Shown piece after piece: positions 1 to 10,099 of a stretch of DNA of 64,000 nucleotides; positions within the stretch are counted from its first letter, which is position 1, and every line of letters starts with the position of its first letter. The DNA is from Kiritimatiellia bacterium. Its GTDB lineage: Bacteria; Verrucomicrobiota; Kiritimatiellia; SLAD01. The notes under the pieces are model-generated. The model did no database searches. It saw only the letters and a program-made list of their open reading frames with translations, and was not told the DNA's origin. The position numbers and the translations under genes are program-made. The stretch lies in the NCBI GenBank assembly GCA_007136425.1, contig SLGY01000011.1, forward strand, positions 5,559-69,558, given 5' to 3'.

Positions 1-880
1 TGTCCTGGCCGGCAATGTCCGGCGCGCTGCCGTGCACGGGTTCGAACAGGCCGGTGCGTCCGCCCACACTGGCGGAAGGCAGCAAACCCAGCGAACCGCC
101 CAGCGTCGCGGCGGCATCCGACAGGATATCGCCGAACAGGTTCCCGGTGACGATCACATCGAACTGACGCGGATTCAGGACCAACTGCATGGCGGCGTTA
201 TCCACATACATGTGTTGCAGATCGATGTCGGCAAAGTCTTTGTCATGCACCTGTTGCACGACATCGCGCCAGAGCTGGGAGACGACCAGCACGTTGGCTT
301 TATCGACGGACGTCACGGCGCGCCGCCGTTTCCCGGCCCAGTCGAACGCCACGCGCGCCACGCGCTCGATTTCGGGCGTCGTATATACCATCGTGTTATA
401 GGCCTTTTCATGGTCGCCTTCCGGTTCACGCGCGCGCGGTTCCCCGAAATAGATGCCGCCCGTAAGTTCGCGTACCACCAGCAGGTCCGTATTCCGGACC
501 GCGTCCTCGCGCAGGGGCGATCCTTCCGCCAAAGCGTCCGGGACGAAGACGGGCCGCAAATTGGCAAAGGCGCCGAGCGCTTTGCGCAACTTCAATAACC
601 CGCTTTCCGGGCGCATGGCGCCGGTCAGATGATCCCATTTCGGGCCGCCCACCGCGCCCAGCACGACGCCGTCGGACGCAAGGCATTCCTCCAACACGTT
701 GGGCGGCAGGGGATCGTTATGCGCATCAATGGCGGCGCCGCCGGCGGGCAGTTCCTTGTAGCTGAATGTGAAATCGCCGTGCGCGGCGGCCAACTCCAGC
801 ACCGCCACCGCTTCGCGCGTGACGTCCGGTCCGATCCCGTCGCCGGGCAACAGTACAATCCGATAGGCGTCCTTACTCAT
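1..880 (-). CDS. leuB: 3-isopropylmalate dehydrogenase (3' end runs off window)
   Basis: Not in the ORF track. Manual translation from ATG at 880 gives MSKDAYRIVLLPGDGIGPDV...GAVGGPKWD...RPESGLLKLRK...VRELTGGIYFG...VDKANVL...NLFGDILSD...EPVHGSAPDIAGQ, which are LeuB motifs. Confidence 0.95.
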   Translation of the reverse strand, partial: MSKDAYRIVLLPGDGIGPDVTREAVAVLELAAAHGDFTFSYKELPAGGAAIDAHNDPLPPNVLEECLASDGVVLGAVGGPKWDHLTGAMRPESGLLKLRKALGAFANLRPVFVPDALAEGSPLREDAVRNTDLLVVRELTGGIYFGEPRAREPEGDHEKAYNTMVYTTPEIERVARVAFDWAGKRRRAVTSVDKANVLVVSQLWRDVVQQVHDKDFADIDLQHMYVDNAAMQLVLNPRQFDVIVTGNLFGDILSDAAATLGGSLGLLPSASVGGRTGLFEPVHGSAPDIAGQD

Positions 881-914
881 GAATCATATCCTTTCTTAAG
901 AGGGCGTGCGCGGA

Positions 915-2201
915 TCATTCCGCCGCTTCAATTGTTTCCTTCACCGCCTGCGCCGCTTGTTGCAGGTCCTCGATTTCCATGTTCAGCGGCGGCATGAGAT
1001 AAATCACCGACCCCAGCGGGCGCAACAAATATCCACGTTCGCGCAACAGATGTTGCACACGCCGCGCGCGCGGCGGTGTCTCCGCGTCGGGCTTCAGTTC
1101 CACCGCGCCGATGAGTCCGAGGCAACGCACCTGCTGCACCGTTTCCCGTGTTTTCAACGAAGCCAGTTCCCCGGCCAGCACGCGCCCGGATTCCGCGGCG
1201 CGCGCGACGATCGATTCTTCCTCATAAATCCGTAGCGTTTCCAACGCCGCCGCCGCCGCGATCGGGTTACCGCTCCATGTGTGGCCGTGATAGAAAGTAT
1301 GATCGTCCGGCACATCGGAAAAGGTCTCATAGAGATCGTCCCGGACGATCACCGCGCTCAACGGCAGGTACCCCGCCGTGACGGCCTTGCCGACACAGAC
1401 CATATCCGGATCGATGCCCGCATGTTCGTAAGCGAACATCCGGCCCGTACGTCCGTAGCCCATGGCAATCTCGTCCACGATCAGCGGGATCTGCAATTGC
1501 CGACAGGTATCGGCCAGGCGCTTGAGATAGCCCGGCCCGTACATCTTCATGCCCGCCGCCCCCAGACAAAGCGGTTCCACGATCACGCCCGCAATCTCGT
1601 CCGCGTGTTCGGCGAGAAACGACGGGACGCCCGCAAAACACAAGGAATGGCAATCGGGATCCATGCACTCGCGACAATCGGGCACGTCCAGACGCCACGC
1701 CTCGTTCAGGGCGGGTCGCAACAGACGATGAAATTCCTCAAGATAACCCACACCGACCGCGCCGAGCGTATCGCCGTGATACGCCTCTTTCAACGACACG
1801 AACCGGGTACGTCTTGTATGTCCGGTCTGGTGCGCGTATTGCAGGGCGATCTTCAGCGCGGCCTCGACCGCGCTCGCCCCGTCGCTGGCAAAATGAACGT
1901 GCCGATCGGGGGTGGGCATCAGCCCGGCCAGTCGTTCCGCCAATTCCAGTGCGGGCGGGTGCGAGAGGTTGCCGAGAATGCTGTGCTGCAGGATCTCCGC
2001 CTGTTGTTGAATGGCGCGCACGATGCGCGGATGTGAGTGCCCCAGCGAACAGGCCCACCACGAGGACACCGCGTCCACATAACGGGCGCCCGACGCTTCA
2101 TACAGGTACGGGCCTTCGCCGCGTACAATGCACGGTAACCCCGCGTGCACGGCCGAAAACCGCGTATACGGGTGCCAGAGATGTGAAGGCCCATCAGTCA
2201 T
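915..2201 (-). CDS. bioA: Adenosylmethionine-8-amino-7-oxononanoate (DAPA) aminotransferase
   Basis: HLWHPYT, DAVSSWW, AYHGDT, DEIAMGYGRTG, GKAVTAGYLP and HGHTWSGNP class-III PLP motifs. Start set to MTDGPS because the longer ORF start lies inside the repeat array. Confidence 0.92.
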   Translation of the reverse strand: MTDGPSHLWHPYTRFSAVHAGLPCIVRGEGPYLYEASGARYVDAVSSWWACSLGHSHPRIVRAIQQQAEILQHSILGNLSHPPALELAERLAGLMPTPDRHVHFASDGASAVEAALKIALQYAHQTGHTRRTRFVSLKEAYHGDTLGAVGVGYLEEFHRLLRPALNEAWRLDVPDCRECMDPDCHSLCFAGVPSFLAEHADEIAGVIVEPLCLGAAGMKMYGPGYLKRLADTCRQLQIPLIVDEIAMGYGRTGRMFAYEHAGIDPDMVCVGKAVTAGYLPLSAVIVRDDLYETFSDVPDDHTFYHGHTWSGNPIAAAAALETLRIYEEESIVARAAESGRVLAGELASLKTRETVQQVRCLGLIGAVELKPDAETPPRARRVQHLLRERGYLLRPLGSVIYLMPPLNMEIEDLQQAAQAVKETIEAAE

Positions 2202-2205
2202 GACG

Positions 2206-2317
2206 TTTTCCAATCGTTGGAACGCTCGCACGCATCATTTTCCAATCGTTGGAAGAAAAGTGCGCATATTTTCCAATCGTTGGAAGGGTTTGACGCCCTG
2301 TTTTCCAATCGTTGGAA
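2206..2317. repeat. Four identical 17-bp palindromic repeats TTTTCCAATCGTTGGAA with unique 14-15 bp spacers
   Basis: Copies start at 2206, 2238, 2269 and 2301; core TTCCAA-TCG-TTGGAA. Confidence 0.95.
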
Positions 2318-2356
2318 AATGTAGTTCCTCTCGTCTCATCCGCCCCTTGGGTTCTT

Positions 2357-2390
2357 ACACTCGACACCCGACACCCGACACTCGACACCC
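2357..2390. repeat. Heptamer tandem repeat (CGACACY)n
   Basis: acactcgacacccgacacccgacactcgacaccc directly downstream of the frr stop. Confidence 0.85.
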
Positions 2391-2393
2391 TCC

Positions 2394-2957
2394 TCAGACC
2401 TCCATCACGTCTTTTTCTTTTGCGTCGAGCATGTCGTCGATTTGTTTGATGTAATCGTCGGTGTATTTCTGGATCTCTTCGAGGCCGCCGTCCCGTTCGT
2501 CTTCCGAGATGGTGCTGTTTTTTTGCAGGTTCTTGATGGTGTCGTTGGCTTCGCGGCGCACGTTGCGGATCGCCACCCGTTGATCTTCCGCCATGCGTTT
2601 GGCCACTTTAAGTAGCTCCTTTCGGCGTTCTTCGCTCAACTCGGGGATCGGCACGCGAATGACGCGCCCGTCGTTCATCGGGGTGACGCCGAGATTGGCG
2701 GCGAGGATGGCCTTTTCAATCGCGGGCAGGGCCGAGGGGTCGTACGGGTTGATAACGATCAATCGCGGTTCGGGCGTGGCGATGCCGGCCAGTTCCTTCA
2801 GTCGCGTTTGCGCACCGTAATAATCGACCGTGATATTCTCCACCAGACTGGGGGAGGCCTTGCCCGTGCGCAGGCCGTTGAATTCCTGATGCAGGAACTC
2901 GACGGATTTGCTCATTTTGTCTTCCGATTCGAGGAGAATGTCATCAACGCTTTCCAT
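2394..2957 (-). CDS. frr: Ribosome recycling factor
   Basis: LRTGKASP, VDYYG, IPELSEERRKEL, IRNVRR; 187 aa; downstream of pyrH. Confidence 0.97.
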   Translation of the reverse strand: MESVDDILLESEDKMSKSVEFLHQEFNGLRTGKASPSLVENITVDYYGAQTRLKELAGIATPEPRLIVINPYDPSALPAIEKAILAANLGVTPMNDGRVIRVPIPELSEERRKELLKVAKRMAEDQRVAIRNVRREANDTIKNLQKNSTISEDERDGGLEEIQKYTDDYIKQIDDMLDAKEKDVMEV

Positions 2958-2975
2958 GGTGTGCGTCCCTTTCTG

Positions 2976-3701
2976 TCATTGCTGTTCTACAATCGTGCCG
3001 ACGGATTCCCCGCTGAGCACGCGTATGATTTCATCTTTTTTGAAGAAATTGAAGACGATGATGGGGATCCGGTTCTCCATGCAGAGGGAGAAGGCGGCGG
3101 CGTCCATGATCTTGAGTCGCTGTTGCAGCGCGTCGCTGTAGGAGATGCGTTCGTATCGGACGGCGTCGGGATCTTTTTCCGGATCGGCGCTGTAGATGCC
3201 GTCGACCTTTGTTCCTTTGATCAGGGCATCGGCTTTGATCTCGCTGGCGCGCAAGGCGGCGGCGCTGTCCGTCGTGAAGAAGGGGTTGCCGGTGCCGGCG
3301 CCGAAAATGACGATGCGGCCCTTTTCCAGGTGGCGCAGGGCGCGGCGCCGTATGAACGTTTCGGCGACCGACGGGATGGCAATGGCGGTCATGACACGGG
3401 TATGCACGCCGGTCTTTTCGAGCGCGGATTGTAGGGCCAGACTGTTGATCACCGTGGCGAGCATGCCCATGTGATCGCCCGTGGTTCGGTCGACCCCGCT
3501 GTTCTCACCGGTCAGGCCGCGAAAGATGTTTCCACCTCCGACGACGACGGCCACTTCGATGCCCATTTCCCGTACGCGCTTGAGTTGTTCGGCGATAGCG
3601 CCAAGTACGAGGGGATCAAGACTCCTGCCGGATTGCTGATTCTGCAATGCCTCGCCGCTCAGTTTCAGCAGGACCCGTTTATACGGTGGTTTGTTTGTCA
3701 T
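2976..3701 (-). CDS. pyrH: UMP kinase
   Basis: [49 protein letters not shown]. Confidence 0.97.
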   Translation of the reverse strand: MTNKPPYKRVLLKLSGEALQNQQSGRSLDPLVLGAIAEQLKRVREMGIEVAVVVGGGNIFRGLTGENSGVDRTTGDHMGMLATVINSLALQSALEKTGVHTRVMTAIAIPSVAETFIRRRALRHLEKGRIVIFGAGTGNPFFTTDSAAALRASEIKADALIKGTKVDGIYSADPEKDPDAVRYERISYSDALQQRLKIMDAAAFSLCMENRIPIIVFNFFKKDEIIRVLSGESVGTIVEQQ

Positions 3702-3903
3702 GATGTGTTCCAAAAGGTTGCGCCGCCTTATTCCTCGCTAGGCTAAGGCAAGTCCGCGTGTCTGTAAAGAAGGATGAGATCGGGCTTTCCCTGATAGACG
3801 GTAAGCTATTTCAACCGATACCGTACTTTGCGTGTGGTGGGTATCGTGTCGTATACGCAGGGAACTGACGGATCATCCTCATAGGAAAACGAGGAGGGCG
3901 GCA

Positions 3904-4434
3904 ATGGATAAAGTACGCGTAGCTACGGTCTGGTTGGACGGGTGTTCGGGGTGTCACATGTCCTTCCTGGATATCGATGAACGCCTGTTGCAGGTGGCGG
4001 ACCGGATCGATCTGGTGTACAGCCCGCTGGTCGATCATAAGGAGTTTCCGGAAGGTGTGGACGTGACGTTTCTCGAAGGGGCGATTACGAACCAGGACGA
4101 CTTCGATAAAGTGAAGAAAGTCCGGAAACGATCGAAGCTTCTGGTTAGTCTGGGGGACTGCGCCGTAACCGCGAACGTGCCGTCGATGCGTAATTTTTGT
4201 TCCCTGGACGACCTCTATTCCCGCGCCTATCTGGAGAACGTTTCCGAGCAGCCGCAGATTCCGACGGAAGAGATTCCGCCCTTGCTGGATCGTACGCGGC
4301 CGGTGCACGAGGTGGTGTCCGTGGATTTGTTCGTGCCGGGTTGCCCGCCGCATCCCGATCACATTTTCTTCGTCATCAGCGAGCTGCTGGAAGGGCGCGT
4401 ACCGGATCTCGCGCAGGTGGTTCGCTTTGGATAA
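3904..4434 (+). CDS. hoxY: [NiFe] hydrogenase small subunit, group 3d type
   Basis: WLDGCSGCHMSFLD, LGDCAVTANVP, VPGCPP; short single-cluster subunit; GAGG RBS upstream of ATG 3904. Confidence 0.92.
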   Translation: MDKVRVATVWLDGCSGCHMSFLDIDERLLQVADRIDLVYSPLVDHKEFPEGVDVTFLEGAITNQDDFDKVKKVRKRSKLLVSLGDCAVTANVPSMRNFCSLDDLYSRAYLENVSEQPQIPTEEIPPLLDRTRPVHEVVSVDLFVPGCPPHPDHIFFVISELLEGRVPDLAQVVRFG

Positions 4435-4525
4435 ACGATCGGGGGCTACGCGTTAGCGTCTGACGGGGCAATAGGACGACGGAATATCTGAATAAACGCA
4501 ACGAACAGCAAAGCGATATAGTGAC

Positions 4526-5950
4526 ATGAGCAAGACCATTACCATAGATCCCGTGACCCGCATTGAGGGGCACTCTAAAATCACCCTGTATCTCAATGAC
4601 GAGGGCGAGGTAAACGACGCGCGCTTTCACGTGACTCAATTTCGCGGGTTCGAAAAGTTTACCGAAGGCCGGCCCTTTTATGAAATGCCCGCGATCACGG
4701 CCCGTATATGCGGGATTTGTCCGATCAGCCATTTGCTGGCGTCGGCCAAGGCCTGCGACGCGTTGTTGGCCGTATCCATTCCGCCCGCTGCGGAGCGCTT
4801 GCGCCGGATCCTGCATATGGGGCAGACGATCCAATCGCATGCGTTGAGTTTCTTTCATTTGAGCGCGCCGGACTTGCTGCTGGGCATGGACGCCGATCCG
4901 GCGCGACGTCATGTGTTGGGATTGGCCGAGGCGCATCCCGAGATTGCGCGGGAGGGCGTCTGGTTGCGTATGTTCGGGCAGCAGATCATCGAATGGCTTG
5001 CCGGACGACGGGTACACCCCTCGTGGGCGGTGCCGGGCGGTGTCGGCAGTCCGCTGACCGAAGAGGTGCGCGATCGGATTCTGGAGATGGTACCGCGCGG
5101 ATTGGATATTGCGCAACGCGCGCTGGATCTGTTTCGCGGTGTGTTGGGCGAGTTCGACAAAGAGATTGAAACGTTCGCCAATTTCCCGTCGTTGTTCGTC
5201 AGCCTCGTGACACCGAAGGGCGAGTTGGAGTTGTATGACGGCGTATTGCGGGTGGTAGACGCGGACCGCAAGCTGGTGGACGACGGCTTGGACCCCGCCG
5301 GTTACGCCGATCATCTGGGCGAGGCGGTGGAACCCTGGTCCTACCTGAAGATGCCCTATTACAAGCCGATCGGCTATCCCGACGGGCTTTATCGTGTGGG
5401 GCCGTTAGCCCGCCTGAACACGGCGGACCGGTGCGGGACGCCTTTGGCGGATGCGGCTCTGGAGGAATTCCGTAAGCTGGCCGACGGCGCGGTGTTGAGT
5501 TCGTTCTATTTTCATTATGCGCGCCTGATTGAAATTCTTTTCGCTTTGGAACGGCTGCGCGAGTTGTTGGAGCATCCCGATATTTTGAGTGATCGCGTGC
5601 GCGCCGTGGCCGAACCGAACGCGGAAGAGGGTGTGGGCGTCGCGGAAGCACCGCGAGGCACGTTGATCCATCATTACCGCATCAACGACGAAGGCCTGAT
5701 TTCGTGGGCGAACCTGATTATCGCGACGGGACACAATAACATGGCCATGAATCGCGGTATCCTTCAGGCGGCAAAGGAATTCGTGCATGGGGACCGCATT
5801 CAGGAAGGCGCTTTGAACCGTGTGGAAGCCGTCATCCGCTGTTACGACCCGTGTTTGAGTTGTTCCACCCATGCACTGGGCCAGATGGCTATACGGCTCG
5901 AGTTAATGGATCATGAAGGGAACGTGCTTGATGAACGAATGCGGGAATAG
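4526..5950 (+). CDS. hoxH: [NiFe] hydrogenase large subunit, group 3d type
   Basis: [11 protein letters not shown]1 motif [22 protein letters not shown]2 motif DPCLSCSTH followed by a cleavable C-terminal tail. Confidence 0.95.
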   Translation: MSKTITIDPVTRIEGHSKITLYLNDEGEVNDARFHVTQFRGFEKFTEGRPFYEMPAITARICGICPISHLLASAKACDALLAVSIPPAAERLRRILHMGQTIQSHALSFFHLSAPDLLLGMDADPARRHVLGLAEAHPEIAREGVWLRMFGQQIIEWLAGRRVHPSWAVPGGVGSPLTEEVRDRILEMVPRGLDIAQRALDLFRGVLGEFDKEIETFANFPSLFVSLVTPKGELELYDGVLRVVDADRKLVDDGLDPAGYADHLGEAVEPWSYLKMPYYKPIGYPDGLYRVGPLARLNTADRCGTPLADAALEEFRKLADGAVLSSFYFHYARLIEILFALERLRELLEHPDILSDRVRAVAEPNAEEGVGVAEAPRGTLIHHYRINDEGLISWANLIIATGHNNMAMNRGILQAAKEFVHGDRIQEGALNRVEAVIRCYDPCLSCSTHALGQMAIRLELMDHEGNVLDERMRE

Positions 5951-6422
5951 AACCCTTGTCATCGGATGGGGGAACGAGCTCCGCAGCGACGACGGCGCGG
6001 GACGCGTCGCGTCGCGCGCATTGGCCGGGTTGGGACTTCCAAGCGTGAAGGTGCTGGACGTGCACCAACTAACGCCGGAACTGGCTGAATACATCAAGGA
6101 CGCGGACCGCGTTTTCTTTATCGACGCGTGTCCGGCGGCGGAGTGTACGGGGGTGTATCTCCGCGCCCTGCAAGACCGGCGGGATGATGCATGGGTAAGG
6201 CCCTCGGCGAGCGGTCATGCCGGCTCGCCTCGTGAGCTGCTCCGGTTCACGGAGGAATTGTTTGGTGCAAGGCCCGAGGCATGGCTGGTGGCCGTGCCCG
6301 CCCATTCGTTCGATATCGGTGAAGGGCTTACGCCGGAAACACGACGCGCCGTAGAACAAGCGGTCGAGCAGGTCCAGATTCTGATGCAGCATACGGAAGG
6401 AGCAAGCCATGAGTGTGCGTGA
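5931..6422 (+). CDS. hoxW: Hydrogenase maturation protease
   Basis: [29 protein letters not shown]; overlaps the end of hoxH. Confidence 0.88.
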   Translation: MNECGNRTLVIGWGNELRSDDGAGRVASRALAGLGLPSVKVLDVHQLTPELAEYIKDADRVFFIDACPAAECTGVYLRALQDRRDDAWVRPSASGHAGSPRELLRFTEELFGARPEAWLVAVPAHSFDIGEGLTPETRRAVEQAVEQVQILMQHTEGASHECA

Positions 6423-6939
6423 AGAGGCGCCCTTGAGTGCGGAACAGGTGGACGAAGTCATCGAGCGGTTCCCGGGTCGAACCGGTGATGTCCTGCGCAT
6501 CCTCGAAACCCTGCAGGAAATGCATCCGCTGAAGTATCTGCCGGAGGCCACATTGAAATATGTCGCCGAACGTAAAGGGCTCGCTTTGTCGAACGTATTT
6601 AGCGTGGTGACCTTCTATTCGTTTTTCAATCTGAATCCGCAAGGCCGGCACACGATCATGGTTTGTCGCGGTACGGCTTGTCACACGCGCGGCTCGAAAC
6701 TGTTGCTGGACGGTTTGATGTCGGAATCCGGCGGGTCGGCGAACGGGGATGACGCGTCGTCGTCTTTCACGACGCCGGACCATGAATTGACCGTGCGCAC
6801 GGTGGCGTGTTTCGGGCAGTGCGCGCTGGCGCCGGTCGTGTCGGTTGACGAGGATATTCACGGGCACATGAGCGATCTGAAACTCAAGCGCATGGTACGC
6901 GGCATTGTCAAGAGAGAGGCCAAAGATGATAATTCGTGA
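6409..6939 (+). CDS. hoxE: NuoE/HoxE-like [2Fe-2S] subunit
   Basis: VVTFYSFF, VCRGTACH...ACFGQCALAP thioredoxin-like [2Fe-2S] ligands. Confidence 0.9.
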   Translation: MSVREEAPLSAEQVDEVIERFPGRTGDVLRILETLQEMHPLKYLPEATLKYVAERKGLALSNVFSVVTFYSFFNLNPQGRHTIMVCRGTACHTRGSKLLLDGLMSESGGSANGDDASSSFTTPDHELTVRTVACFGQCALAPVVSVDEDIHGHMSDLKLKRMVRGIVKREAKDDNS

Positions 6940-9900
6940 TCTCGACACGCTGAATGATATTCGCCAGACGCGTTTGAACCGTCTGCTCCGATCGCGGCCG
7001 CGTATCGGCGTGGGGATGGGCACGTGCGGCGTGGGTAACGGGGCGCAAACGGTCTATGACGCGCTGGCGGAGGCATTGGTTGAAAAGGGGTTGGACGCGG
7101 ATCTGGAGCCGGTAGGGTGTTTCGGGTTCTGCGCCGTCGAGCCGTTGGTGAACGTCTATTTACCCGGCCGGCCGCTGGTCATATTGGCCGAAGTGACACC
7201 CGAAGACGTGCCGCATATCGTGGACGAAATCGCGGACGGTCGCGTGCCCACGACGAAGGCGTTGTGCCGGATCGAGGAATGGGATCACCTGACGGGGGAG
7301 GTGCGGTTCGGCCGCGGGTTGTCCGAGATCCCGTTGTGGAACGAAATTCCGTTTTTCCAAGGGCAACAGAAGATCGTGCTGCGCAATTGCGGTTTGATCA
7401 ATCCGGAACGCCTTGATGACTATATCGCCGTGGGCGGCTATTTCCCGTTGTATCAGGCCCTGCATAAGCCGGGCGGCGACCAGATCATCGAGGAGATCAA
7501 CAAGGCCAACCTGCGAGGACGCGGCGGCGCCGGCTATCCGACCGGGGTCAAATGGAATCTGATGCGCAAGGCGAAGGCGGACACGAAATACATGATTTGC
7601 AACGCCGACGAAGGTGATCCCGGCGCGTACATGAACCGGAACGAGATTGAGAGCGATCCGCATATGCTGCTGGAAGGCATGTTGATCGGCGCGTATGCAA
7701 CGGAGTCGAATAAGGGCATCGTCTATCTGCGGGCGGAATATCCGCTCGCCGTACAACGTCTTGAGAAGGCCGTCCAGGACGCGCGCGAAGCGGGACTGCT
7801 GGGCGAACGGATTCTGGGCACGTCCTTTTCTTTTGACGTCGAACTCGTGGAAGGGGCGGGCGCGTTTGTATGCGGCGAAGAAACGTCGATGATTGCTTCG
7901 CTGGAAGGGCGCGCCGGTCGGCCGCGACCCCGCCCGCCGTTTCCCGCGCAGTCGGGTTTGTGGGGGTATCCGACGAATATCAACAATGTGGAGACGTGGT
8001 GCAATGTGCCGGTCATTGTCAGCCGGGGCGGCGCATGGTTCGCCGGCGTGGGTACGCCGAACAGTACGGGGACGAAAGTCTTTTCGCTCGTCGGCAAGGT
8101 GAAGAACACGGGGCTTGTGGAAATGCCGTTGGGGGCGCCGTTGAAGAATATCGTTTACGGGATTGGTGGAGGAAGCCCGGCGGCGAAACGGATCAAGGCC
8201 GTCCAGACGGGCGGGCCGTCGGGCGGATGTATTCCCGCAAAACATTTCGATACGTCGGTTGATTACGAATCGCTCGGAGCGCTCGGGGCGATCATGGGGT
8301 CGGGCGGCATGGTGGTGATGGACGAAGACAATTGCATGGTGGATGTGGCCCGCTATTTCCTGGAGTTCACCCATTCCGAATCGTGCGGCAAGTGTATCCC
8401 GTGCCGGGTCGGTTTGGATGAAGCCGTTCGCATACTGCGAAAGATATGTGACGGCGAGGCGGACATGGCGGATGTGGATAAACTGGAGGAGCTGGCGCCC
8501 ATGATTCGGGACGCGTCGTTGTGTGGATTGGGGCAAACGGCGCCGAACCCGGTGTTGACGACGCTCCGTTATTTCCGGGAGGAATACGAGGAGCATATTC
8601 GCGCGCGGCGTTGTTATGCCGGTGTGTGCGAAAAGTTATACCTGTCCCCGTGCGAGAACAGTTGTCCGCTCAACATGCGTATTCCGGCGTTTCTGGAACT
8701 GCTCAAAGAGGATCGTTTGGAAGACGCCGCGGAAATGGTCTGGCTGGACAATCCGTTGCCGGCGTCGACCGGGCGCATTTGCCAACATCCGTGCGAGAGT
8801 CAATGTCGGCGCGGCGACGAGGATGCCCCGGTTAATATGCGCGAAGTGCATCGTTACATCGCCGATACGGTCTTCGACGGGCCTTTGATGGAACGCGTGC
8901 GTGCACGTCTTCTGGAGGACCGGTTCGAGGCCACCGGCAAGCGTGTGGCGGTGATCGGGGCGGGGCCTTCCGGTCTGTCCGCCGCGTTTTATCTCGCCAT
9001 GCTCGGCCACGAGGTGATCGTCTACGAAGAACGGGACGAACCGGGCGGCATGCTGCGCTACTGCTTGCCCGAATATCGTTTGCCGAAAGACGTGTTGCGC
9101 GCGGAAATTGACGTGCTTGAATCGTTGGGCATCCGTTTTGAATACGGGCAGACGCTGGGCGCGGGGCTTTCGCTGGATAGCCTGGAGCAAGATTGTGACA
9201 CGGTATTTCTTGCAACGGGCACCTGGAACGAGACGCGCGCGGGTTGCACAGGCGAAGACGCGCCGGACGTGTGGCACGCCATCACGTTTCTTGAACAAGT
9301 CGCACTGGGCGCGCCTCCGTCCGTTGGCGAACGCGTGGTGGTGGTCGGCGGCGGGAACGCGGCGGTGGATTCCGCGCGTACCGCGGTGCGACTCGGGGCG
9401 AAGTCCGTGACCATCGTCTACCGGCGCGAACGATCCGACATGCCGGCCATCGCCGAAGAAGTCTATGACGCCGAGGCGGAAGGCGTGGAGGTACGCTTCT
9501 TCCTTTCGCCGCAACGCGTGGTCACGGACAACGACGGACACGTCAAGGGAATTGAATTGCGGAAGACGGTACCGGGCGAATTCGACGCCTCGGGACGACG
9601 CACGCCGGTCTCCACCGACGAAATCCTGAAGCTGCCCTGTGATTTGGTGATCATGGCGGTAGGCGAGAAGCCCGATCCCGATCCCCTGCGCCGGGCGGGC
9701 ATCCATGTGCGGGACAATTATACGGCGAAGGTCGATTGGATGACCTATAAGACCAACCGGCCCCGGGTCCACGCGGGCGGCGACCTGGTGACGGGCGCCT
9801 CGAACGTCTCGGCCACCATGGCCACCGGCAAGGCCGCCGCGCGCGCGATCGACCGGATCCTCATGGGCGAAGACCGGTTGGATCGGGTTCTTAAGGTTTT

Positions 9901-10099
9901 CACATACGAAAATCGTGTTCCGCTGGAGCCGGAAGGCGGTGATCGACAGGTTGCGCGGCACCGGGCGCCGGACGATCGCAAGAATAACTTCGAAGAGGTC
10001 ATGCTCGGATACGGCGCCGAGGCGGCGATTCTTGAGAGCCGCCGATGTCTGCGCTGCGATGTGAAGGAACAGTGCGCCGTGAAAGGGGGGACATCATGA
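6926..10099 (+). CDS. hoxF: HoxF/NuoF-like FMN-NADH subunit fused to a GltD/NfnB-like FAD-NAD(P)H oxidoreductase (~1057 aa)
   Basis: N-half: LRGRGGAGYPTG, CNADEGDPGAYM, GAGAFVCGEET, GGPSGGC, ESCGKCIPCRVG, SLCGLG. C-half: PCENSCP, GRICQHPCESQCRR, GAGPSGL, GGGNAAVD, VYRR, GGD, RRCLRCD. Confidence 0.92.
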   Translation: MIIRDLDTLNDIRQTRLNRLLRSRPRIGVGMGTCGVGNGAQTVYDALAEALVEKGLDADLEPVGCFGFCAVEPLVNVYLPGRPLVILAEVTPEDVPHIVDEIADGRVPTTKALCRIEEWDHLTGEVRFGRGLSEIPLWNEIPFFQGQQKIVLRNCGLINPERLDDYIAVGGYFPLYQALHKPGGDQIIEEINKANLRGRGGAGYPTGVKWNLMRKAKADTKYMICNADEGDPGAYMNRNEIESDPHMLLEGMLIGAYATESNKGIVYLRAEYPLAVQRLEKAVQDAREAGLLGERILGTSFSFDVELVEGAGAFVCGEETSMIASLEGRAGRPRPRPPFPAQSGLWGYPTNINNVETWCNVPVIVSRGGAWFAGVGTPNSTGTKVFSLVGKVKNTGLVEMPLGAPLKNIVYGIGGGSPAAKRIKAVQTGGPSGGCIPAKHFDTSVDYESLGALGAIMGSGGMVVMDEDNCMVDVARYFLEFTHSESCGKCIPCRVGLDEAVRILRKICDGEADMADVDKLEELAPMIRDASLCGLGQTAPNPVLTTLRYFREEYEEHIRARRCYAGVCEKLYLSPCENSCPLNMRIPAFLELLKEDRLEDAAEMVWLDNPLPASTGRICQHPCESQCRRGDEDAPVNMREVHRYIADTVFDGPLMERVRARLLEDRFEATGKRVAVIGAGPSGLSAAFYLAMLGHEVIVYEERDEPGGMLRYCLPEYRLPKDVLRAEIDVLESLGIRFEYGQTLGAGLSLDSLEQDCDTVFLATGTWNETRAGCTGEDAPDVWHAITFLEQVALGAPPSVGERVVVVGGGNAAVDSARTAVRLGAKSVTIVYRRERSDMPAIAEEVYDAEAEGVEVRFFLSPQRVVTDNDGHVKGIELRKTVPGEFDASGRRTPVSTDEILKLPCDLVIMAVGEKPDPDPLRRAGIHVRDNYTAKVDWMTYKTNRPRVHAGGDLVTGASNVSATMATGKAAARAIDRILMGEDRLDRVLKVFTYENRVPLEPEGGDRQVARHRAPDDRKNNFEEVMLGYGAEAAILESRRCLRCDVKEQCAVKGGTS

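Noticed and set aside
32..997. Plus-strand ORFs 32-598 and 629-997
   Set aside because: Antisense shadows of leuB, which is on the minus strand.
2206..2317. Canonical CRISPR array
   Set aside because: Repeat (17 bp) and spacers (14-15 bp) are too short, there is no leader and no cas gene in the window; kept as an unexplained repeat array.
4526..5950. [NiFeSe] hydrogenase or selenocysteine recoding
   Set aside because: All four metal ligands are Cys and there is no in-frame TGA.
7160..9961. Long minus-strand ORFs (478 and 441 aa) opposite hoxF
   Set aside because: Antisense frames typical of GC-rich codon bias; no motifs.
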